A stretch of 35,989 nt of DNA, from positions 1 through 35,989 of the forward strand of contig NKIB01015426.1 in the NCBI GenBank assembly GCA_002256025.1. Direction: 5' to 3'. The stretch's first letter is position 1. Every line of letters begins with the position of its first letter. The stretch comes from Asterionella formosa. Taxonomy: Eukaryota. Below the pieces are notes generated by a model that saw only the letters and a program-made list of their open reading frames with translations, was not told the origin of the DNA and did not search any database. Below, one piece after another: positions 1-10,856 of this stretch. The translations under genes and the position numbers were made by a program.

Positions 1-20
1 TGCATTTGGTATACTGTACT

Positions 21-420
21 TGAATTAACTATTGAACTTGTCCGCATCTTTGATACCATCAAGAGAGCGAAAGCAAGTGGCTCTTTTCATTGTTGTTTGC
101 TTGTAGGAAAAATTTGATATCCGTATCGTCATTTGCTTGTTGGAACTGTCCGTTGCCTCAAACTTGCATGGCGTGTGCGTGCACACACTGTCGACTTGTT
201 TTCAATGGTATGTTGTTCTTCTTGTATTCACTGTTGAACTTGTCCGCATCTTTGTTACCATCAATAGAGCGACAAGTGGGTGCGTCTCTTCATTGTTGTT
301 TGCTCCTGGAAAAGTCGGTGTCCGTGTCATCCTCATCAATAGAGAGACAAGTTCTTTCGTTGGAAAAATTGGTACCGTATCATCATTCGCTCGTTCGAAC
401 CACTGTCCGTTGCCTCAAAC
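21..420. repeat. Degenerate direct duplication (~200-260 bp units)
   Basis: The blocks TTGAACTTGTCCGCATCTTTG..ACCATCAA.AGAGCGA, TTCATTGTTGTTTGCT and ACTGTCCGTTGCCTCAAAC each occur twice in the same order (about 32-163 and 234-420). Confidence 0.7.
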
Positions 421-1199
421 CTGATTAGCGTTTGAGTACTACCGGTATGTGCAATGGATCCCTGAGTATTGACCTCTTTCATTGGGCTTTTTCTAGCTTT
501 TAAAAATGGATCTTGATAGAACCATTTTTTGTCTAATGACCAATTCAACCACTGTTCCTTCCTTGATCCTTGTATATCTTTGTGTTTGATACAGCATTTT
601 CGTGAATGATGCTGCGTCAAATTTCTGACCAAAATGGGTGCTGCTAGAAAGGCTTACACTGAACATAATTGCCTTCAGTTATATCTTGTTTCTGAAGTAC
701 TCTTGTTGCTTGTTGACTCATGCCTTAAAAACCATCTGCAGACCTTGGTTCATTTCAATTCTTTCACCATTAAACATGACCACAAAATTCAATGTGGACA
801 CAGTAGTGTAGCTCCTTTTTGGCCGGCTTACAGTTTCACACAAAGATATGATACAATAGAGCAAGAACTTTTTCTTGAAAACTACATGATTTCTTGACTC
901 CATCACCCTGCCAAACACATAGACAGTATTATGATCACACATGCTCATAAAGTCTTTGAAAATAACAATCCTTCCCTTCCACACCTCAAGAGTGGCTGGT
1001 ACTATTACAAAAGGTGCAAACAAACTAAAATCTGGTCAAGAAGGTCCCCCAAGGCTGGTCAGGACATCGACATCATATATATCACTTTTTAACAATGCAA
1101 ATTGTAACTCTCTGTAAATTTTACACCATCTAATCTGGTACTATCCACTCCTACGGCTCTCCCTATGTGCTGCTGATGAATTTTCCGCCCCCATCTTGC

Positions 1200-2620
1200 T
1201 TGTGTCTTCGTCAGAAAAGGCAGCATGCAGTGCTGACTCTCCTAGCAACCCTCCTATAGATAATGATGACCGCTTTGCTCCTATTGACACTCCACGAAAA
1301 AGCGCCTGAATGCGCCACCAAGATCTCAAATCATGATATATCTGCTGGTGCTGCTGGACATCTACTTTGCCTTCTATGTTAGTAAAATTGGCAGCAAGGG
1401 GAATTGGTTTTGGTGCTTTTGACATTCAACATTTCAAAAAGGCAATTCTATCCACCCTGATAGTGTCACAGCCTACTTCACAGCCTACAGTTAATCTATG
1501 CAACTTTCAATGCGTGTGTGACACTACATTAAGTCAAGTCACTACTGAGACATTGACCAGCTGCTACACTTTGCAAACTACTCCATACTTGAATAATAGC
1601 ACAATTGTAGACTTTCATGTATTCCTTCTGGAGAATTAGGACTTCTGAGACTGGCAAAGGGCTCAGCAGCTCCCAACATATTTAGTGAATATTTTATTGA
1701 TTCGCTATGTGCTGCATGCTCTTTATTTGTCCATGGAAGGATGGAATTGGGTCTGACACAATGGATGGCTCAACACAGCCAATGAATGTGCATCTGACCT
1801 CCACTAGGTCGTGACATGTGATGCTGGAGGCTGTGTAGATCACATTGATCTGCAGAATGACCTTCTTGATGGTACCATTCTATCCATATTGGGTAGATTG
1901 ACTACATTGACATCGCTGAATTTATTTTTGAACAGTAATATTAGTGGGGAGATTCCTACAGACCTTGGGCATTTGACCAGACAGAAAAGTCTAAATATCT
2001 CCAAATGGAACAACCTTTTCTCCTCTCTCCCAACTGAGTTCTGCGAATAAATCTGGGGAAATTCCTATCGAAATTGAGTACCTGACAAATTTGATGCATT
2101 TACAGTATATAGGCTCCAATAGTATAGAACATCATGGCATCCTTCCAGTATGGCACATCTCGAGTCTCAGATTGCTGATTGTGGAGCAGTGCGGCATCAG
2201 CAAAAGTCTGCCATGGTCGCAATTGGGATTCATGACTGCCCTTACAGAATTAAATCTTGGGTATATAATGACCAGTTGACTGTAACCATTCCAATCTCCA
2301 TCGGGCACTTGAAGCATTTGCTTTCCTCTATTTCGTTGAATGGTACCAACTTTCGGGGCACATTGCCAACGGAAATTGCCGATTGAACTGGTGATTTTGC
2401 CTTTTAGTCAATCACAAAAAAATCATTTTCCGGATCAATTCTGGTTGTTGCCCTTGGAAATCTCATAAAACCTTCAACAGCCAGCCAAGTCTTCAATACA
2501 ACAAATTCCTCTCTGGGTCTATTGCAGCAATTTCGAGGCTCTGCGAGTGGGAAACAACTGACAATCATTTTGTTCTCGAAACAGATTGTGCTCCTAAGAA
2601 TCACAGACTTTTCTAGTATG
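1200..2620 (+). pseudogene. Leucine-rich repeat receptor-like protein pseudogene (diatom type: PT linker, LRRNT-like cap, plant-like LRRs)
   Basis: Fragments in several frames: SQPTSQPT linker; RYVLHALYLSMEGWNW*HNGWL..NEC..VTCD cap; LRRs IDLQNDLLDGTI, LGRLTTLTSLNL..NSNISGEIPTDLGHLT, EIPIEIEYLTNL, QLGFMTALTELNL, IPISIGHLKHL, NGTNFRGTLPTEI. Multiple stops and frameshifts. The 5' boundary is approximate. Confidence 0.8.
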
Positions 2621-3472
2621 TGATGAGCCATTTCCCAAGTTGCTGTACATCATGTGTTTAAGGTTCATAACATGAAAAGTAGTCAAAATCAAGAAATATC
2701 ATGATTCTGTTAAATCCGTTATTTTGAAATACACTTACTACAGTGACAGTCTCAGGGATAACAGAGCCAGATTTAGGACTGTCACTTGCTTGGTGAGATA
2801 CTCACATTTCAATCTAATGATCGACATACCAGCTTACTAGACACGACTGCAACTAGCTAGTAATCCAATTTCATCTCGAACACTCAATATTGTATGAATT
2901 TCAATAATGCATTCTTGTCCATGCTAAAAGATTTAAAATTGATCATTATTATGACTAACTTTCCATGAATAAATAACAGTGCATAAAACAACCAGTACAG
3001 CTCGATTTCACTCCTTGACACAAGTGCAAGCACAAGACAATCTACGAGGATGCATTGGCAGAGAAGCATGACAGGAACAGCTCAATAGTTTGAACATATT
3101 TGTAACAAAATAAGCATGGACCATATCTAACTGAGACTGGGGGAACAATGGCTTAATGGTAAGCAAAACTCATGCAGTGGCAGGTTGATTCCTACATTCT
3201 CGACCTGTATCTCATTTATGTGGCTGATGAGCGAGAAAAGAATGAAATAAATAAATGCACTTTGAATATATATCTGTCCCATTCCTTGTCATAAAATTGT
3301 CTAATTTGCTGCTCAAGCAATCCTTACAGTTTCCAGTCTGGAGGCAGTTATAGACTAAGTTATTGATGAAGTAGTCCGCACAATAAATAGTACACATGGT
3401 TAAATGCAGTGTTTCTATCTAGTTCGACTTTTGTCAACACCCCTTTGCTACCAGGCAGTAAATCTGCAACCG

Positions 3473-4249
3473 CTATTTCGGTTGGTCAAACAACATGCTT
3501 CCATGACCGTCACCATCGTCAATAATGAATACAAGATTATCATCTTTCTTCTTTCTTCCGCCAAATCTAGTTCTGAAGAACTTTCTGATGGCGTTTGGTT
3601 TTCCTCTCGGTCGGGGCCGAGCTCCAAAGCCCTCCAATAACGATTCCTCATCTTCTTCTTCACCTGATGTCGGAACCATCGCACTGCTGTCATCTCCCAC
3701 CCATTTGGTTGGATCTTCTGGGTTGACTTGCACTATTGGTAGAGGGGCATCAGGTGACGAAGCCGATGAAGGACTGCTCCACTCCGGATTATCAGAAGTC
3801 ACTGGGGAGGCAGGACGACGGACTCCTCCGAGAAGGTCGTCCTGCCCAGTGTCTAAAAGTTCATCTTCTTCCGCAGCACTCAGCAGTCGGTTGTTGTTGG
3901 CCGTCATCAGTTCCGTCTCACGCAAGAATTGTCCTGGACTGGCGGCCGTCGCTGCTGTCCCACTCTCTTCCTCGCTCTCGCTCACGACCACGACCTCCTC
4001 GTCTTCGTCACACTCGCGTTCAATGCCTGGCACAATCACAAGGGGAGAGTCGCGATGACCGCTGGGAGAGTCCACTACAATGTGCCAAATGCGCCCGCCT
4101 CGTACCTCGACAACAAAGGTTCGTTCTGATCCGTCGTCGCGGGTGACTGTGATCTCCTCTGCTGTCTCCTGCCTGCTGGAACAGGTGTGCTGCCGGACAA
4201 GATCATGTCGGAGCCTTCGACGATGCGTGCCTGATGCAACGCTTGGCAT
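3473..4249 (-). CDS. Hypothetical acidic/Ser-rich, probably disordered protein (~258 aa)
   Basis: Stop-free ORF 3473-4387. The GC- and CpG-rich, coding-like composition starts near the ATG at 4249 (MPSVASG...). Acidic tracts and a basic C-terminal patch (RKFFRTRFGGRKKK). No domain recognised. Confidence 0.6.
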   Translation of the reverse strand: MPSVASGTHRRRLRHDLVRQHTCSSRQETAEEITVTRDDGSERTFVVEVRGGRIWHIVVDSPSGHRDSPLVIVPGIERECDEDEEVVVVSESEEESGTAATAASPGQFLRETELMTANNNRLLSAAEEDELLDTGQDDLLGGVRRPASPVTSDNPEWSSPSSASSPDAPLPIVQVNPEDPTKWVGDDSSAMVPTSGEEEDEESLLEGFGARPRPRGKPNAIRKFFRTRFGGRKKKDDNLVFIIDDGDGHGSMLFDQPK

Positions 4250-5513
4250 GAGCTGCTGTTGAGGTCGAGACCAATGCAACGAATGTAAGTGTCGTTCTTG
4301 TTTTAATTTTGTGTCAACTGTGATCACGTTGATACCGGTAGCGCCTTTATGTAATTGCATGTATGAATAAGAATGACAGCGTAACATTTATGGACCGTGA
4401 TGTAACCATCGATACATACCAGTGTATTGAAAAAAGTTATTGTTTGTGTCTGCAATTTGATAACACAACCCTGGTAGATCTACCTGGTACATCCTATAGG
4501 ACGGTGTACACAGTCTCGCGGTTCTATCTATGATATGACTCTTCCTTTCTTGTGATTAAGCGACAATGGTAATGACGTCAATACAGTTGCGAAACAACCG
4601 GGCCTGTGGTCGCTGGATTACCGGTACTGGTACTGGTGCTGGTACCAGGTACTTGGTACCGGTACCTGGTAATTAGTTTGCGTACCGATACATGGATTTT
4701 GTTTTATGTACGACAGCGAACATTTCAAGACCGGGATTAGCTAATTATGTCGTAGGGAGAAGTCGTGACGAACTAGATTTCATTTGTACATTTATGAAAA
4801 AATAAAATAAAAACCATTTCACGAGACTACCGTGCTCCTAGTAACAATACTGGTACCCGTTACTTCAAAGCAAAGAATGTACGGGTACAAATGTGAATGA
4901 GCTCCTTAAGTAATTAATTATTTAAATGATTATTAATGGTATTCCCCTTGTGAACAACGGACAAATATACCGGTAATGACTATCATTTCTGCATATTTAT
5001 TTATTTGCCAAGGACCAACAGACTTAGTTGGCGACATCGGACATTCGGCAACCACGACCGATACATCAACAGGCTGTGACCCTGTCAATTGCTCGAGGTA
5101 ACAGTACATCAACGTACCAGGTACTCCATGATTTAGGCTGGTCCAAAGAAAAGGCTCACCAGCCGCTAGAAATATGAAAAAACCTATACTAACCATATAC
5201 TATTATGTAACTCCTACGACAAATGAAATATTGAGCAGATAAATGCCGAGGGACTCCGCAGAAAAATGATTCATGATTGATGATTGTCGTAAATACATAA
5301 AGGGATACTAAAGCATAAAAGATGCTGATCGAAAGGAGGGCTTTTGTTCTATATTTCATATCGGTATTCTCTCCAGCATTAAAATTTATGACAACGAAGT
5401 TGCATATCAAATGGTGCACTTTTTGTTCTGGATATGATTGGGATATTTTACCAGGGCAATACCAAAACAATTTATGCTAAATAAATATTTCTCTTCCATA
5501 TGTACTCCATCAT

Positions 5514-6259
5514 NNNNNNNNNNNNNNNNNNNNNNNNNNNNNNNNNNNNNNNNNNNNNNNNNNNNNNNNNNNNNNNNNNNNNNNNNNNNNNNNNNNNNNN
5601 NNNNNNNNNNNNNNNNNNNNNNNNNNNNNNNNNNNNNNNNNNNNNNNNNNNNNNNNNNNNNNNNNNNNNNNNNNNNNNNNNNNNNNNNNNNNNNNNNNNN
5701 NNNNNNNNNNNNNNNNNNNNNNNNNNNNNNNNNNNNNNNNNNNNNNNNNNNNNNNNNNNNNNNNNNNNNNNNNNNNNNNNNNNNNNNNNNNNNNNNNNNN
5801 NNNNNNNNNNNNNNNNNNNNNNNNNNNNNNNNNNNNNNNNNNNNNNNNNNNNNNNNNNNNNNNNNNNNNNNNNNNNNNNNNNNNNNNNNNNNNNNNNNNN
5901 NNNNNNNNNNNNNNNNNNNNNNNNNNNNNNNNNNNNNNNNNNNNNNNNNNNNNNNNNNNNNNNNNNNNNNNNNNNNNNNNNNNNNNNNNNNNNNNNNNNN
6001 NNNNNNNNNNNNNNNNNNNNNNNNNNNNNNNNNNNNNNNNNNNNNNNNNNNNNNNNNNNNNNNNNNNNNNNNNNNNNNNNNNNNNNNNNNNNNNNNNNNN
6101 NNNNNNNNNNNNNNNNNNNNNNNNNNNNNNNNNNNNNNNNNNNNNNNNNNNNNNNNNNNNNNNNNNNNNNNNNNNNNNNNNNNNNNNNNNNNNNNNNNNN
6201 NNNNNNNNNNNNNNNNNNNNNNNNNNNNNNNNNNNNNNNNNNNNNNNNNNNNNNNNNNN
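5514..6259. other. Assembly gap (N run)
   Basis: Run of N. Confidence 1.
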
Positions 6260-6369
6260 TGCCTGAAAATTTATTGTCAAAATCAAGTCACAAACAATTT
6301 GTTTGCTTATGAGTGGGGTGGACATTCAGTAATTTGTTACAGGAGACCACAGTAGAATGCATCAAATAG

Positions 6370-6975
6370 CTGGTACATATCAATTTTAATTTTTACTGCC
6401 AATTGGATTTCCAAATTAGTATCTATTGTTAGCTTTATGGTTAAGGTTTGAAATGTTGCTACCAATTTGGTATCAATTTTAATTGTGCTACCAATTGGGT
6501 TTCCAAATTGGTATCTATTGTTGGCATTAGGTTTATGGTATCAATTTGGATCCAAATTGGTATCTATTGTTGGCATTAGGTTTATGGTATCAATTTGGAT
6601 CCAAATTGGTATCTATTGTTGGCATTAGGTTTATGGTATCAATTTGGATCCAAATTGGTATCTATTATAATTTCAGTAGCAATCGGTTTTCCAATTGATA
6701 TCTCTTGTTGACTTGAAGTTTAGTGTTTGAAATGCTGCTACCAATTTGGATGCAAATTGGTATCAATTTTGATTTTAATACCAATCAGGTTTCCGAATTG
6801 GTATCTATTGTTGGCTATAGTGTTAGTGTTTGAAATGTTGCTACCAATTTGGATGCAAATTGGTATCAATTTGATTTTACTACCAATCGTGTTTCTCAAT
6901 TGGTATCTATTGTTGCTTAGCTTTGGCTAGGGTTAGTGTTTGAAATGTTGCTACCAATTTGGATCCCAATTGTAT
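6370..6975. repeat. Palindrome-containing minisatellite: 3+ perfect 49-bp units (6503-6667) within degenerate ~103-110-bp units
   Basis: The unit CCAAATTGGTATCTATTGTTGGCATTAGGTTTATGGTATCAATTTGGAT starts at 6503, 6552, 6601 and 6650 (partial). Longer variants start TAGTGTTTGAAATG at about 6721, 6824 and 6934. Confidence 0.9.
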
Positions 6976-8438
6976 ATAAATATAGAAAGAAAATTAGAAT
7001 GCATATTATATGTAATATTACGATTATTATTAGTATTCCGTATTGTTAATTGTTGTGTAATATGTTCCACCAGTGATTTGTGGAAGGTTTAGTATTTACA
7101 TATTTTCTCCAACACATTCCATTCCGAATCAATCATGGTTTATATTTAACTTCATTTTTATGGCTTCTTAAAACTATACTAATGGGATAGAATAGTTTGC
7201 ATGGAGCCTCGTGGTGACATAGGTAGCTGGGATCAACCCAACAAACTTGGTGACGCCTGCATGTATGTAGCGGAGGAGGGTGGATATTGTGTGATGTCCA
7301 ATCTTGTGAGAAAGGCTGGTTAAGCAAAATCTTGAATGCTTAAATTGCACACTGACCAGTGCTTTACCTCTTTATATGCACTCTTCGCACATAGTAGAGT
7401 CTGGTTTTGCAAATAGTAGAGATTGGTGGCCCGCAATTTTTTTGTCAGTGACCCTAATCTCCTTTGGGAACCTTCCTGACCAGATATAACTTTGTTTGGA
7501 CCGTTGTTACGGGCACCAGTCACTCTTGAAGTTTTCTATTTTTTGTTGGTTGTGTTTCTCTGATGGGGAAATGGGATTATGATTAAAAATCAATGTGTGT
7601 TCGTCTGCTTCTTGGTGCTGGAAATTGAATCAAATACTTGTCTAGAAGCTTGTGGTCAATTGCATTAACTGTGTGAGCATCAACGTTTTCGGTGTTGGAC
7701 TATTTTAAATGATATGGGAAGCGACCCAATAGCTCGTAAGAACAGAAGTCTCAGCTCAATGAACAGGTTCAAGCATATCTGAAAATTGTGCATGCTGATT
7801 CATGGCTCACATTATATATGATCGATGCCGAAAGCTGAATGAGCTGGCAAAGACAGATGACTTAGGAAATGGGAAACAAGAGGCTGACGGTAGAGATTTT
7901 CAGGTAACAAATGCTGTTTTACATGAAGAAATATTATCAGCACAAAAGAACTTTGGATATAGATGTTCCCCGCAGTTGGCTGAGACTGGCAAAGAGGTAA
8001 CGTTTTGTAGAAACTTCTTAAGAAGATACCATGACGAGAGATTTGATCCATTCATTTTAATTACCGAAACTAAGCTACAGAAAAATAATTAACTAAATTT
8101 TATAGGACGCTCTTGTTAAAAACTCGACAATTGTGGAGGTTTTGAAGTCGCACTTGCCCCCCCCCCCCAGAGGGCCTTGGACCTACTTGATGTCTGCCTC
8201 ACCACCCGGAGCCCAAGGGAATAGATAAACGAAGCAGGTGTGGGAGAATGCGGAAATAGAACCCGCCACGAGGCTAACCAAGAACTAAGCTATTCTCCAA
8301 AAGTAAGCTACAGAAAAATGGGTCAATTAGCTAGAAGGAACATGGACAGAAATTTCTTCAGGATGAAATTGGGTGCCTAACAGTTTTGCTGTAAGACCCA
8401 CTGCCCCAAAAATTCTCATTATGATGTATTATTTTTTA

Positions 8439-8549
8439 ATTGATCATACAAAAAAATTGATTGATCATACAGAATTACTGATTGATCATACAAAAACACT
8501 GATTGATCATACAGAATTACTGATTGATCATACAAAAAAACTGATTGAT
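8439..8549. repeat. 21-bp tandem repeat, ~5.3 copies, alternating A/B variants
   Basis: ATTGATCATACA starts at 8439, 8460, 8481, 8502 and 8523 (partial at 8544), followed alternately by AAAA(A/C)A(T/C)TG-like and GAATTACTG. Confidence 0.9.
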
Positions 8550-10856
8550 ATCAACCAACGTTTTGGTGTTCGATCTAATGATAATAATCGTGAGATCAAA
8601 TTAGTTATTCATTCGGTCTAACCTTTGGAATGCTAATATCAAATAGAATTTTTAGCTTTTGATCTAACTTTAATTACTTCTTATCTAACTGATTTCTCTC
8701 ATTGATCAAACCTATTATCATGTTCGATCAATGATGAACACAAATCGAATTAAATGGATTGCAATTTAATACTCAAATATTCTACTTCTGGTCATCCATA
8801 CTTTCCGCTGTGCATCCTCTATTAGAATGAGCACACAGTGGTCTTCAATACCTTAATTTTCACTTCCGGTAGCTATGTTTAGATCATTGCCTTTTCAAAA
8901 TGAAATGAGAGAGTAAACGAAATTGATGATGCTTTATTCGAACCTCTACCATTGCGAATGGCAGCAAGTCACATTCTCCAATGTTCTTGTACGACTTTCC
9001 TGTAAGAGATAAAAACAAAGTTACGATTGTTATTTCAAACCCCCTGCTATTCAAGGTTCATGTGATGCTACTATTTCCTAACTGAAATGAAGCTACTTCC
9101 TGATTAGTGATGTTGCGGCTCTAATTCTGCAGCATACAAACGTTCTCGCCAATAGCTAGTCAATGAGAATGGAAGACCCTTGATTAAGTCCATGAGCAAC
9201 AAACTGCGCCGCCATCTGGTCTATCTTCACATTGATCCACATCTCATCTTGATGAACAGATTCGAAATACGGATCGATGTTCGCAATGGACGAATTATGA
9301 TCAAAAGGTACTATCTTCTTGATTTCGGTTGGAATTGGAATCAGGTATGGCCTTCAATGCATCGTTCTCCAATTCTGTTGTATATGAAGGGACCAAAGCT
9401 TTTGATTTCGAGTAACAAACAAACAATCAAACTTCGCCAGCATAATTCCCCATCAATATCGAGACCATATCATTCATTATAAGACTGAGATCATCGTTGT
9501 CCCCGCAAGAAGGTAGCTCATAAGGGATTGTTCAACAAACGCACATGGCTTGTAAGAAATTCGATTACTGATATGCAAATGGAGAGATAATGACGAATAC
9601 AAGCAACCGGTACAAGAATTGGATCAAAGCATGTCCCGGTAGAGCATTCAAATCGGGATGGCAACAAGGAACGCACCGTTGTTGCACAGAATTCATTCTG
9701 ATAGCATCGTCAGGTACAAGGTTTCTTACATACACGTAAGAAGGTCATCTGTGTAAAGTCATAACCTTTGCTAAAACAATAATTGATCAAAGAACAACAG
9801 CTATTGATCAATCAAACAACGTATCAATATATCAAAGCATTTGGTTAGCATATTAAATTTGATACCTAATATATATGACTTCTATCTATGCGTAACCTGA
9901 CGTGTGTAAGAAAAGAATCTGATAAAAGCAGCACTGATCTTCGCATTCCAGCGCCCAAAGTCACTAAGTTGGTTGGGATGATACTGGGTCGGTAAGTAAG
10001 GTCTAGTAACCTTCTAATGAATGAGAAGTAGTAGTAAAGCGCTTAATAGAACATGACTCCGCAAAAATAAACCAACCTAGTATCCCAAGGAAGTATGTTG
10101 TGGCTGACCCCAATTTTCAACAGCAAGGCACCTTTTAAGTCAATCTGTTGTGGTATCTGATGAGATATTTACGCTGAAAGCACCTGATTTTCAAAAGTTC
10201 CCAACGAGCGGGTAGAGAGGAGCGCCTCGGAGAGACTACGCACACATTTGAACAACTTTTCGAGAGGGAGAACATGGCGGTGTGGAGTTCATCTTGTGCA
10301 TTCCAGCTATCAAAAAATACTCACAGGTTCCTAGGATAAAAGTCAATGTCAATGCTGTGTTCTCACCAGATTCCGGAGACCATGGCGTGTTTTTTTCAAC
10401 GCCCTCCATCCAGACCTCAAAAATGATCAACCCAGTGCTTGGTACACCAGGTACATTTGATTCATCAAAGCTTGGCGTACTTACTCTGCCCATGCTCATT
10501 ATTATAGAAATCATTGACAAAACATATTTAAAGAGAATTTGGTGAAAGATTACCATGACTAGGAGCATTTCCATTTATTCTTTCAAATCACATACCACGC
10601 TATTGAATGATTGTTTGTTTGGAAATACAAGTATACTTCTTGAAAGTTATGATACCTACCAGCTGTTGCATTCAATTCTCGTGTCTTCATGATTGGCACT
10701 ATTTGTCAACAGCAATCAACGAACCGCCAAAATAACCTTTTCATGAATTATCAGAAACTTATGTGCATTTAATCTTAAGAATATGTGTCTACTTGAGCAT
10801 GCAGTTGTAATTTCAATGATATTGGCAGGGATTGGGTTGAATTCCAAATGCCTGGT

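Noticed and set aside
430..1140. Short ORFs on both strands
   Set aside because: No recognisable motif, frequent stops, and the strand cannot be determined.
3525..4262. + strand Ser-rich ORFs
   Set aside because: Antisense shadows of the GC-rich minus-strand ORF.
5438..6355. Long ORFs spanning N runs (also 15991-16447)
   Set aside because: Artefacts of assembly gaps.
6503..6667. CRISPR-like palindromic repeat array
   Set aside because: The intervening sequences are identical rather than unique spacers, there are no cas genes, and the context is eukaryotic.
9890..10574. Possible small spliced membrane-protein gene on the minus strand
   Set aside because: There is a hydrophobic stretch and a GTGAGT donor-like site, but I could not build a consistent exon structure.
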